A DNA stretch of 63,629 bases, filler included, from Lenisia limosa (taxonomy: Eukaryota; Protista; Breviatea), in NCBI GenBank assembly GCA_001655205.1. It is 11 parts of 11 records of this genome, joined end to end, with 100 filler letters (N's around TTAATTAATTAA, not from the genome) between each part and the next. Parts side by side here need not be neighbours in the genome. Positions count along the whole stretch, not along the records: positions 20,222 to 40,610 come from LPNZ01006955.1; positions 40,711 to 45,837 come from LPNZ01009861.1; positions 45,938 to 57,232 come from LPNZ01001082.1; 8 more parts are not named here. One strand, written 5' to 3'. The notes below the pieces were generated by a model. It saw only the letters and a list, made by a program, of their open reading frames with translations, ran no database searches and had not been told where the DNA came from. The position numbers and the translations under genes are program-made. This document shows positions 35,301 to 46,264 of the stretch, piece after piece. How positions within the stretch are numbered: position 1 is the stretch's first letter; each line of letters opens with the position of its first letter.

Positions 35301-38300
35301 CTCAGATGAGGTACCTGAATGTCCATCAACGCCCCCGAGGCTTTGAGATCGATACTGGCCGACGTCGGCAATATGGGCGGCGTTGTGTAGCTTGGTTGAC
35401 CGAGGGTACTTACTGCCTTTTGTCTTGAATGCGAGCTGTTGTGATCTAAAACCTTAATTCTGTCTAGAACTTTATCTGAATCAACAGTTGGAGCTCTGAT
35501 AATTCACTTCGGATCTGTATAACAATTTTGAGTATCGGTCCCAGTAACAATTTCTTCTTTGTGATTCAAATGAATTTGTTTTGAAAAAGTCACTTTTATT
35601 AGGCTTAATATATACAATGCACCGCTTAAACAAATGGCCTGGGTCGAGATCTAGCGTTACTAAGATTTCAGCATTTTCAGAAGTTTTATTGATAATTGGA
35701 GTGACTGGTGGAATATTTAGGAAAATGTCAGGGATTTTTTTCTGAATCAACAGCTCGAGCTTTGGGAATTGACTACGGATCTGCATACCAATTTTGAGTG
35801 ACAGTCCCAGTATCATTGTCTTCTGCTACAAATGAAAGTAATGAAAAAGTCACTTGTACTTGATTTTTACATGTATGCAATTAGGCCGAATGGCAACTTC
35901 GCTCTTTGCTATTGCACCCATTTTTCGGGCAATCTCATCCGTGTAATAGGGTGCAATACTACGTAACATAGAAAACCTCTGAGCCTCCTTGACGAAAGCG
36001 GTCTTGAGGTACTCCTTGCGAGTCTTGCGGGCAGTGAAAATGACGCCAAACAATGGTTGATGTCAATATTTAGGTCTACGTAATCAAATTAACAGCTGTG
36101 TATGATTGAAACCGTTTTGGCCATCATTTTAAAAATAGAGAGCTTTGTGGAGTCAATATTTAACGACTTTACTAATGAGTAGACTACTTGATCCAACCTC
36201 GTCACTCAATCCGTCAGAGGCATGGAGGGAGACGACCTGGCTCACTGTCGACTTCAGGACGTGGACTGCCTTCATGCCCATCTCATGCATTAAACATCTA
36301 AATTGACTAAAAGCAGCTCTGCCCATTCAATCCTGCCTTGAGATATCAAAGATGAGGTTGTAGTTTCCCCATATCAGACACGGAAAAACAAGATTCAAGG
36401 TGGTTAACACATTGGAGAATAGCTGATTCTCCAATCACGGAAGAGGACGAAAAGGCATCTTTCCGAAAAGAAACTCCGCTTCCTAATAACACGAATTGCG
36501 GACTGGAAACAGCAAAATGGTGGGCAGCAGCATACAATTGCATTTAGTGCCTCGTTGATGTTGGTTGTGACACCGTGCTGGTACTTGGTAATGGTATTGG
36601 GAGTTGACCAAGCCTATCAGATTAGTAACGGGTAAAGAGTCGTATTAAATAGTGTTATTCGGGAAAATCATGAAAACAAGAATTGAACAACATTATTCAA
36701 TATCATAAACTTTCACATATTTCTGGACGGTATGATACTATATATTATAATATATGATACTATATAATATACACCCGCCCACAACTTCATAGTCAACGCT
36801 CCCAAGCATAGTACATGCTTCTCCATTCAAACGCAAGGGCAAATTCGGCCATCTGGCAGGCCGCTGAAAAACACAAGGTACTACAACGAAAAATATTTGT
36901 TGAGTAATCTAGTAACCATCTTGTCTAACCACATAATGAATTGAAACTGTTCCGCCTACTTCAGCTCAACAACAGTGAGAAGCGCCATGAGCTTCTTAAT
37001 GAGACACAATGAACGTAGGCACACAAACACATACACCTTCTTCTCAGCCGCAGCCCGGCATCCAGCGATGATGTAGCCATTCGATATTGTGAATGTCAGG
37101 TCGGTACTTCAATTCATGGCTCATTAAATGTGTCAGAAGGAGAGATGGTTAATAATCCCCGGACATCTAGACTCAAGATCAAAGCCATGAATGCCATCTC
37201 AAGATCAAAGCCATCAATGACATCTAGTCTCAAGATCAAAGCCATGAATGACATCTAATCTCAAGATCAAAGCCATGAATGACATCTAGTCTCAAGATCA
37301 AAGCCATGAATGACATACTGATGACAAATAGATTTGGTGATTGGTGTATCAACGTCTCATAAAGGTGGTAAGGGATATTACCACGCTCGTGTTACGAAAC
37401 ATATGCATATAAGCTGAACAATTTTTGTCATTCATTCCAAAACATCCAAATGGATGATCTAAGGGTAACTAACCGCAGGTCTGAACGTTATCGCGGTTCT
37501 TAGTGAGGAAACGGGGATAGAGTTTGAAGTCACGGAGAGAACGTAATACCTATCAGTATATCATAGTGTACAGCATCTACGAACCATGGTCTTTCTAGCA
37601 TCCTTTTTTGATTGATCCTTTTCTTTCTCCTGATCTTTGATACAATGACGTTTGCCCCCAGCTTCACTCTTTTTAGGTCTCAGGTCACAGATCGCGGGAA
37701 CTCCTCTGACGACTATCATCAACCCATCAGCTCAAGTGACGAGTGGGTGCATGCATGAGTCAATACATTTTTGTTACTTCCTTGAGTGATTGATGATGGT
37801 TTCTTAATTAATCGCTTTTGTGACAATAATTTTTACTTAATCGCTTTATTGGAGTTTCTTACTTCCTTTAGAGATACAGTTTTATAATTCCGTTTATAAC
37901 CCGAGAGATAGTTTTATTATTCCCTTTAGTGATGAGGGTTTCTTTACTTAGTCCCTTTAGAGATGATGGCTTCATGGACTTTGGAGATGCGGATGACATA
38001 CCTCAAGAAAGTTGGTCAATTTGAAATAAGCCTGCCTTAGTTCTCCCTCGTGATCCACATCCCACCCTCAGGATTAGGCATTATATGTTGTTAATATTAA
38101 GTTAATATTTTTGTGTTTGCTGTGATTCCTTTTGACCAATCTCACGTTCCAGTCCCATGTTCGCTCCCGACCCCGGATGTTGAAGTAAGCGGACGTATGA
38201 TTTTCGCAATCAAGCCCACTAATAGTCCAGCATACTGTTTAATGTAAATCAGCATAAACAGGATCAATTTTATAACAATTAGGCGATTGCATCAGTTGAA

Positions 38301-40610
38301 TCAGTTGCATCCGTAACACCGGTCGGAAGCTCTGAAGCGTCTCCCAACATATCCCCGAGACAGCCAAGCGGCGTATGCGCAAATTGCCAGGATCTTACTG
38401 CGGAGCTGGATGGACTCACTGCCGTCTTATCACGGTACAGGGAGTGGTGTGGATACTGTGGTTTCAATGTAGCTGAACAATAGTACTCATAGTGCAGGGG
38501 TGTGTGAGTAGGTGAATATGGTTCATACAGAAGTAATCAGATACATACAGTAATCACCCAGTGCGGATGCGGAGTTAGCAGCTATTCTCACGAGCCACGG
38601 CCTCTTGCCTTCCACCCAGGACGAGTTGTCGGCTCTCGCTGCTTCCAAGTCCATTTGTGGTAATATCGTAACTCTGGTGAGTGGGTTTGAGAGATCCAGA
38701 AGATCGCATGATTAAGAACATAGTTTATTTTGGGATTTTTTTTGTTTCATAAATTTTCCAATTTCACCCCCCCCCCCCCCCNNNNNNNNNNNNNNNNNNN
38801 NNNNNNNNNNNNNNNNNNNNNNNNNNNNNNNNNNNNNNNNNNNNNNNNNNNNNNNNNNNNNNNNNNNNNNGCCAGCAGAGACTTCTCAGACAATCCACAA
38901 ACTAGGCCTACATGGCTCAAGCACCGAAGATGTGGGACTCTGGGTTAACTTCCTTTCGAAAAAAAGATTGAATTTCTCTATAAATCCTCAGAAACAATCA
39001 ATATTTTTTCGGTCTTTTTGTAGACAGAAGCCCTAGTCTGGGCTTTTTCTTTATCATCCCATTGAAGTTTCCCTTTATTACCTGGGGTCATTACTTTCTT
39101 CCCTTCTGACTTGGCAGTTGGAGGCTGAAATAGTCCGAACCCGGCACGAGCTTGACAGTATGCGTGACGCGATAGAGAATGGCGGCAATGACGTGGGGGG
39201 GGGGGTAGCAGTAGCTCTTCGTATTGCATCTACAGTGTTATATCTCTTCGTGTTATATCTCTTCATGTTTAATCTCTTCATATTACATCTCTTCATGTTA
39301 TATCTCTTCGTGTTTCATCTCTTCATGTTATATCTCTTCGTGTTTTATCTCTGACGATTCAGCTTACTTCCCTCATAACTGCGAACACACATGCGAACGC
39401 TCAAGTAAGCCGCAACGAGAACCCTATTTCAGACACTTTAATTTCTTAATTGTCTCAAACAATTAATTGCACGGAGCCCTGGTAGTTACTAATTAGAACC
39501 CACTCTATCTTGCAAGATAAATGTACCGAGACTTGCACTTTTGACCCCGTTAGATCGACAAGGAGCGTCAGGCCTTGGCAGCAGAGCGCCATGCCCATCG
39601 AATCACAAGGGTCCAAGTATGGGTGGTTTCGATTTTCATGATAATTCGGGACTCTATTTCCGCAATATTCCAAATTTATTAATAGCTATACATTCCAGCA
39701 GTGTCTTTCTTAACATTGCAGGTTGCAGAGCAGAGCACAGTCATTCGAGAGGGCAAAATCGCTATCAAAGAAGTGGGTACTTTTGGGCTTCCCCCCCCCC
39801 CCNNNNNNNNNNNNNNNNNNNNNNNNNNNNNNNNNNNNNNNNNNNNNNNNNNNTGTTGCTGTCTCTGGTCCTCCTCAGCCTTGTTGCTGTCTTTTGGTGA
39901 TTCTTCAACCTCAGTTGATGATACTTTGGACGAACTTAGAGGGAGGAAAAATAGGAACCCCTCACCTCTCTCCCAACAGAATAGTTACTTTTTAATAATA
40001 GCGGATTGATCAAAAGAAAGGCACAACCATTGTGGTGATAGATATAAGCTAATGACCCCCCCTCCCCCCTCAGCTTGCGGTCCTCAAGCCAGCTCTCGAA
40101 GAAATGGTTGATGAGATCAACTACGTCTCAAAAGAGGTGATTGGATCCTAAAGGTTTATATGCAATTACACTGTATTGCAGTTACGCAGGCTGCTTAACC
40201 AGAATGAAAACTCGGAGCGTAAGAATTTTTCCATGGATAAAGGGCCCAGATTTTGTCTACTTTAAACAATTCATGGATTTGGGGCTCGGTTAAGATTACA
40301 TAATGAATCTGGTTTGGAGACCTGCTTTAATTGTTGTAGAACACGGGCTTGAAGGCAGCCCTCGAAGACGCCAATAGACTTAAGGACGGGTCTTCCAGGG
40401 AACTGGCCAACTCAATGAACCGCGTCCTTTCACTCGAAAGAGAGGTACGCCATCATTACTTCCTCATTATTATTGATGGCAATGTGAACTATATCTCTCT
40501 TTGATAACTAACTTCAAAAGAACCAGACAATCATTGACCCCTAGGTTCTTGACATCAAAAGACAGCAAATTACAGCCGAACGTGGTCGAAGCGACGCGGC
40601 CGAGGCTTGC
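20321..40610 (+). CDS. Giant coiled-coil protein, many short exons (partial at both ends)
   Basis: Dozens of ~40-130 nt AG/GT-bounded exons rich in E/Q/K/L/A heptads (DEIWQLRKDLDFSK; SELGEAYRRLQAAEAKAE; IASLEEEVGELKRDLDE; LEAEIVRTRHELDSMRD), with a Ser/Pro/acidic N-terminal part. It could be more than one gene. Confidence 0.78.
20421..20542 (+). repeat. Family C copy (another, internally deleted, at 20874-20954)
   Basis: CAGAGTTATAAGGCAAATGATTG...TAAGCGTGATGGTGTGGTCGGTTTCGGTAAGATATAACCTT. Confidence 0.88.
21556..21633. mobile_element. Family D short palindromic MITE-like element
   Basis: CAGTGACTAGGATATGTCTTGACCGATTT...AAATCGGTCAAGACTTATCCCGGTCTGTG; related copy at 57829-57894, half copy at 3482-3513. 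Confidence 0.75.
22241..22333. mobile_element. MITE family A copy (left end truncated)
   Basis: TCACTTCGATTCGAA...TTTCGAGGATTTATTGAG...TTCGAATCAAAATGAAGCCC. Confidence 0.82.
22926..23088 (+). repeat. Family B copy (full length)
   Basis: Same consensus; the C-tract ends ~18 nt before the acceptor. Confidence 0.9.
24543..24655. repeat. 20-bp intronic minisatellite, ~5.5 copies
   Basis: GCCATGTTTACTCAACTCAC units directly after donor GTAAG at 24539. Confidence 0.92.
25929..26025. mobile_element. MITE family A copy (left end degraded); further remnants at ~30551-30628, ~34518-34556, ~38945-39035
   Basis: GTCGATAGTTTTCGAGGATTTATCGAGAAATT core plus right TIR TTTTCGAATCGAAGTGAAGGCCT. Confidence 0.82.
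27330..27428 (+). repeat. Family C copy (runs into gap)
   Basis: GAGGCACACAGAAAGCGGTGTGCACAGAGTTGTAAGGCAAATGATTGGGTGAATT...TTATAAGCGTGATGGTGT. Confidence 0.9.
29657..29984 (+). repeat. 31-33-bp minisatellite spanning an exon end and donor site
   Basis: Unit CTCA(A/G)TGATAAGG(A/G)(T/C)TTG|GTCGGGGGGAGTGGC; at least 6 visible copies plus an N gap. Confidence 0.93.
33539..33682 (+). repeat. Family B intron-terminal repeat, full-length reference copy
   Basis: ACGCTAGAGTGATGGGATGCGGTGCTACAGAAGCGACTGGCCTG...TGTCAGCCAAGAGAGTTGATTTTGGGCTTTT...TTTTCCAATTCCCCCCAG; ends at the acceptor of the exon AARDDLDTAEEQ. Confidence 0.92.
35477..35852. repeat. Pair of diverged ~115-bp direct repeats (35477-35592, 35743-35852)
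   Basis: TGAATCAACAG...GGATCTG.AT..CAATTTTGAGT...GTCCCAGTA...TGAAAAAGTCA in both. Confidence 0.85.
37162..37317. repeat. 31-bp minisatellite, ~5 copies
   Basis: GACATCTAGTCTCAAGATCAAAGCCATGAAT. Confidence 0.93.
39235..39351. repeat. 15-bp intronic minisatellite, ~8 copies
   Basis: TGTTATATCTCTTC(A/G) units. Confidence 0.92.
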
Positions 40611-40980
40611 NNNNNNNNNNNNNNNNNNNNNNNNNNNNNNNNNNNNNNNNNNNNTTAATTAATTAANNNNNNNNNNNNNNNNNNNNNNNNNNNNNNNNNN
40701 NNNNNNNNNNGGGAGATATGGTGTTGGAAGATGGTTTGGAATTTGGATGGCCGAAAGGATGACGACTGACAGACACAACGTCCCCGTTTTCCTTCCAAGA
40801 GAAGGGGGGAAATCGGAGGAGCACCACCAGAATCAAGTTGGAGAGTCGGATTGTCAAAATTTGTGAACGCTGCGTTGTTTTTGGATACTCATCAAAAAAA
40901 AAAAAAAAANNNNNNNNNNNNNNNNNNNNNNNNNNNNNNNNNNNNNNNNNNNNNNNNNNNNNNNNNNNNNNNNNNNNNNC

Positions 40981-43920
40981 CAGCTACATGAACGTAGCCA
41001 CGGGTGGAACAACCTGCTGGATTTGGACTGCATTAGCGAACCAATATCCAGCTTTCATGACAGCAGCGGGACACTTGCTATTGTTATCAACAAGGAAAGA
41101 CAACAGAAGACACTTGCTATTGTTATCAACAAGGAAAGACAACAGAAGGTTTCTAACAGCTACTAACAGGAGAAGGGGAAAAGGATAAAAAAAAAAGTGA
41201 CTGATGACCTCTTTTTTGAGACTGAGACCCCCCCCACCCCCCATTTTTTTTTGACAGATTATAAAGCACCAAAAAAATGAACTTACGAGGTTAGGGAAGG
41301 CTCTGCTGCCACGGGCTGCGGGGTGTTTATATTCCTTATCATCCCGGGTGCGTACGTCGAAATATGTGATAGTGTGGCTGACGCTGCCCCCATGACCCGG
41401 CTGAAGATCTTTCGTGGGCGAGGGGGTAAACGAAGAGGAATATGATGAACATCATAGAAAATGTCCAAACGAGGTATTTATGGACCATAATTTCGTAGTG
41501 TTTTCCGTAATACTAGTTGAGTCGTTCTTATCCTTTAGTTGCTGGGATTTGGCACAACCTCGTTTTGGCCATAGTCTGCGTGGGGCTTTATGCCATTATT
41601 TACGTGTCTACTGCGCCACTTTTTCAGTTCAACCAGGGTTGGGGTGGCTTTGTACTTCTATTGCTTTTGTTTAATCCCCATTCGTGTTGGCGTTAGTTGT
41701 TTGTTCACTTCTATCCCTTCCCCAGGAATGTACATTGAGTCAGTATTTGCAGATTCGATTCTGATGGCAGATTTCGTAGAAGGTGATGTTTTAATTGTAG
41801 GATTGGAGGAATTGACTCTCTTGTTAAATTTTCCTGGTTGTAGAAATGAGTGTTATAGTCTGGATGAAGCCAACCATGCAATCATACCGTTACAATACAT
41901 GATCAAAACTGTGTCTACAGCCGCCTGTAGTGCTACAAAAGCAACTGGCCTGTGCTTTGTTCGTTTTGCTGTTTTCAACCCTAGTGCGCTTCTAACGTTT
42001 TTTTGCCAACTGAGTTGATTCTGGGGTTATGTGTTCCATATTGTCCATTTACCCCCCCCCCCCCNNNNNNNNNNNNNNNNNNNNNNNNNNNNNNNNNNNN
42101 NNNNNNNNNNNNNNNNNNNNNNNNNNNNNNNNNNNNNNNNNNNNNNNNNNNNNNNNNNNNNNNNNNNNNNGGGGCTCCCTTGATAGCTGCATCGAAACAG
42201 CCCGGCTCACTGCTGAGGTTGGAGATGACAACAGAGTAACTCTTCCAGATAAGAAGAGACCAATACACATTTTATTATATCTATCAACACGTGAATCGTA
42301 TTATATATTCCTGAAATACCTTATCTTGGGGGGAGAGTGAATTAATAGCTGTATAATCTTTTGAATATACATATGATATATATCTTATATAATATGTATT
42401 ATTCATATGTTAAGTGTTCTTATGGGTATTCTGTCTAAACTGCCTGCTTTCTGATCCACCAAAATAGGCAAGTAAGCTTGCCACGTCATCAGAGTTTCCT
42501 TATTTGGGACAAGCCGATGACCAAATTGACGTGTCAGTCACACGGCCAGAGCCAGGCATCTGTGTCCCCCAGCATATTTTACCAGAGGGTGGTGGGAGGG
42601 GCGATAGAAATCAATTTATTTCCTTGTAAAGCACAATGTATTGAATTCATATGTAAAAAATAGAGAAAAGCTCTACTGAGGCATGTAGCCTGATCATCGA
42701 TTCATGCTTTAGGAAACTTAGACTGCTGTGAGCCCAAGAACACCTACAACCGAACGGAAACCTGCTTTGCTGTTTTACCGCTTCATCATGGGTATGCAAG
42801 GGGAGGTTCTCAGACGCCTTGAGACATGCAGTATGTTGTTTTAATCTATGAATTTATATTTACCTCCTTCTCCACAAGACATGGCCCTTATTGCATGTCT
42901 CCACGTAAGGCATATGGTAGCGCCACGTTGACGTGTCAATCACAGTGCCCATCGGGAACCCTTTGTTTGGCTCCCGCGGCCGTCCCGATAGGTGATGCTG
43001 TCACAGCCATCATACACGCTGGTGGGAATGTCTGTTTTACATTCTGTTGGTATGATTAATCACTCTTGGGTTTTGCTACTTTCTACATTCCGATTTTGGA
43101 ACGTTTGCTCTAATACATTTCAACCACCTTGGCGGGGCTCTGTTTCTAATAACAGCTCAGGATCAGGCTATCCTGTGGTGTTTGAAGGGCCACCTGATAT
43201 TGTGCCGTTCCTTTTGAAATTGTCCGCAAGAATACCCAGAATCGGGCATTGTATGTGGCGGATACTCTTGAAGTAGATTCCTTTGTGTATAAAAATTAGT
43301 TCATAATAGTACTTTGGGGATTGTTTGTGATGTTTATTTTTCCATCAAATACCCTCGCATATTGCATATTGGTTTCATAATGTTCCATATTTTCCCCCCA
43401 ATTCATTGATTGTTTAACGGTTTCAGATTCCTTCGTTATTGTGCAGTTTTTCCTTGATTTGATAACGGTAGATGGGGAAGAAAGAAAAGAAAAGAAAATA
43501 GGAAACAAGTGATGGTGATGATATCTGTTTTTTTTAGCGTTGTGTGTCACATCTAACTTTTTGTGTTTTATTATGTCCCTAGGTAACCATGACGGTCAGT
43601 TTGAGTTTAGGCCTTGTTAACGCAGTACCCGCTCTCTACTTGGACGGTAAGGGGCTTTCTACTACTGTTTTCTTGCCCAGTTATTGTGTTCCTGTTATCA
43701 CCTGGTTCATAGTATTATTCCACTAAGGATGGTCAGGGTTGCTTGGCCAAACACTCATTCTCACGTTCCCCCAGGAGGATTTGCACTTCACGCCATAGCT
43801 GACCTGTTCGGACCTGGCAGCTATCTCAAAGGTCACGTTAACACCATTACTCGTATGTGTCTCTACCTTACTGGTTGCACCATGGTCTTCGGCTTTCTTA
43901 TCGTCTTTTTGTTTAGCTAG
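40981..43920 (+). CDS. MBTPS2: Site-2 protease (M50 intramembrane metalloprotease), partial
   Basis: GCGVFIFLIIPGAYVEI, RLKIFLAGIWHNLVL, PDZ-like GMYIESVFADS, Cys-rich exons, SLSLGLVNAVPALYLDG, and TAG at 43918-43920. The HExxH region looks disturbed (see findings). Confidence 0.85.
41071..41148 (+). repeat. 39-bp tandem duplication at an S2P exon end
   Basis: ACACTTGCTATTGTTATCAACAAGGAAAGACAACAGAAG x2. Confidence 0.95.
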
Positions 43921-44105
43921 GTATTATATTATATCATATGATATAATATATTTCTTTAAAATAAGTAGCCACTACACTCTCGATTTTGTCATTGGGTTGT
44001 TGAAATGGAAGAGGTTTAAGCTGGTGTTTTTTTTTTGATTTTTTTAGTGTGTGTGTGTTTTTTGCACAACTAAAATACATTCCAATAAATACCCCACAGT
44101 AAACA

Positions 44106-45837
44106 TTAAAATAATCCCACAGCTTGCTTCTTTTCAAGCTAAAATGGTCAGAAAATGCGTTGATTGAAAAGGTATACTATGGAGGAGGAAAAATGTCAAT
44201 CCCCACCTTTTTCCAAGCAGGTAGTGAGGCGAAAGCTTCACGTGACATTCCAAAGGCGGAAGCAAATCCTGAGTCATCCAAATAATTCTGCGGGGTGAGG
44301 TAAAAGGGAATAAGGCACGTAATAGAATGCCAACGTATCATATGATACTTGGGTAGAGGCAAACCTCCAGATGGCCGGCATCCACTCCTCGAGGCAAAGG
44401 CTTTTTCTTCAGCGTCTCAAGGGTGTACAGGCTTTTGTTGTCGAATGAGGCAAGGTAAGACGCCACATCCGTCTCTCCATCTGTGTCCGACACAGACTGA
44501 TAGATGTTATTCAATCATAAAGATAAAAATACCAGGTAACAAGTTATACCGAAAAAAGCATCGGAGAAGCACCAGTATTACCGTCACCTCCTCCCCCCCT
44601 CTCCCAATACCTTTCTCGCAATTTTTGGTGCTCTTTCAGTGTTCCAGGCGTGGATAACTGCCTCAAACTCCTGAGAAAGGGTGGTGGGGAATGAGAAGGG
44701 GGTGGTGAGGAATATGCATACTATAATGTACATAGAATATACTATCATATTATATGTTGATACTTTCAATAGAATATACTAGATGAGAAAAAAGGTTGTA
44801 TCCGGCCGAAGCCGTCCACGCATTCAACGGGGAATAGTGAATACACAATTACAAAGATTCCAACCCAACCAAAATGTGAGACTCATCGAAGAATGACATC
44901 CTGATATGGATAGAAGCTTTTTTTTTAAAAAAATATACTCGAATAATCTTTCTACCCCCCCACAGCCCCCTCTTTGCCAGGTCGGCAGAGGATGACACGT
45001 TTGGCCGCCGTTTTACTCCGGCCTTTCGGAAGCTACACGGTAAATGGGGTGGCTTAATATGATAATTAATACACTATGTACATACATGTACATATAATAT
45101 CTATATAATATATATGATATACTACATAGTATACATAGTGATATATACTATATTTTTTTACAACTTGCAATTGTCATTGCGAGTGGAGATTGAGAATAAC
45201 AATATTCTTAATTAAGAAGTTCACCCTCAATTTCAACAAAAACAATTGTCCTTGCTGCCTACCTTATTAGGAAGATCAAGAGCAGCCTGGCAAAGAAGCT
45301 TTCTTTCCTTCTCTTGCGCCTCAGAGCCAATCCAAAGGAAAACCTGGATGTCAATGGGAAGGTATGAAACAAAGAAAAACAAGACACGGACTCTTGAATA
45401 ATCTAGCACCCCCTCCCCTCACCATGTTTCCGATATCTACAATAGTGCAGTGTTTGTCTTGGAGGTCCAGCTGTGTGAACTTCGGCAAACCTGGGGGGGG
45501 GGGAGAGAGTAAAACGAAGGAAATTTCGATGAACACGAACCGAATAATCTGAAACTCCAAACAAACAAAAAACAACAAACGTGAGCAACCAACGCTAAAA
45601 CTTGACAAAAGCCAGATGACAAAAACACAAAAACGAGAACAAGCCCGAGCCAGCCTTTGAAGAGTCCCACCACCGCTCGATCACCCAAACGTACCTGTAA
45701 GGCGTTAAAAAGTAAGGGAAATGTTAGAAGATCCGATTTGTTAACGGTCACAATCCAATCATAACGCTTAGAGCCGTCCAAGCATACGACCCCCGAGGGG
45801 ATCAAAGCTGGATGGACAGAGCGCGGACCAGACCAGA
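44106..45837 (-). CDS. Villin/gelsolin-family protein with villin headpiece (C-terminal part)
   Basis: FTQLDLQDKHCTIVDIGNMVFLWIG (gelsolin repeat), then YTLETLKKKPLPRGVDAGHLE-NYLDDSGFASAFGMSREAFASLPAWKK-LEKKQAVGLF and TAA (headpiece). Confidence 0.92.
44792..44820 (-). repeat. Family C 3' hairpin on minus strand in villin intron (other 3' pieces at 16442-16499, 4291-4316)
   Basis: GTGGACGGC-TTCG-GCCGGATACAACCTT. Confidence 0.75.
45492..45694 (-). repeat. Family B long-tail copy, possibly spanning a whole villin intron
   Basis: Begins GTACGTTTGGGTGATCGAGCGGTG (cf. consensus TACGCTGGAGTGATGGGATGCGGTG) and ends TTTCAGATTATTCGGTTCGTG...TTTTACTCTCTCCCCCCCCCCAG. Confidence 0.7.
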
Positions 45838-45937
45838 NNNNNNNNNNNNNNNNNNNNNNNNNNNNNNNNNNNNNNNNNNNNTTAATTAATTAANNNNNNN
45901 NNNNNNNNNNNNNNNNNNNNNNNNNNNNNNNNNNNNN

Positions 45938-46018
45938 AAAATTGAGAAAGAGAAAGCTGAAAAGAAGAAGAAAATTGAGAAAGAGAAAGCTGAAAAGGAA
46001 AAGAAAATTGAGAAAACA
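45938..46018 (+). repeat. 33-bp A/G-rich tandem repeat
   Basis: AAAATTGAGAAAGAGAAAGCTGAAAAG units, ~2.4 copies, at a contig start. Confidence 0.85.
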
Positions 46019-46264
46019 CACAAAAATCGTTATACAAGTCCACATTCAAGGAATAAATGGCAACTATCTGGGAAAGTTTACCCTTGCAGACAGTGCTATT
46101 TTGAGCATTTTTCTCTCAAAATTCACCATTACATAGCCAAAGCAAAGGGAAACCCGGAACCAATTACTCCGAGGAGTGCAAATTTTTGTTTTTTAACACT
46201 AAAAGAGGGTAAGATTTGGAAAAAAAAATCCTGTGAAAAGGCGAAAGGGGGACGGACCCCCGGG

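Larger units (their letters stand above)
34600..38470 (-). mobile_element. Degenerate, intron-containing Mutator-like (MULE) transposase remnant nested antisense in an intron
   Basis: Minus-strand exon AWSTPNTITKYQHGVTTNINEALNAI (~36540-36615) resembles the KCLHGxTQNxNESxN motif of Mutator-like transposases. Other minus exons have stops or frameshifts. The region lies between + exons of the coiled-coil gene. No TIRs were found. Confidence 0.42.

Noticed and set aside
24543-39351. Minisatellites as CRISPR arrays
   Set aside because: The units are head-to-tail with no unique spacers, and the context is eukaryotic with no cas genes.
40984-41004. LHERSHG as the S2P HExxH motif
   Set aside because: The context is hydrophilic, it is too far from the following REG exon, and this frame does not splice in phase with it.
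18373-45837. Alternative genetic code (stop reassignment)
   Set aside because: Conserved exons of kinesin, strumpellin, dynein, S2P and villin have no in-frame stops. Dynein and villin end at TAA and S2P at TAG, at the expected C-termini.
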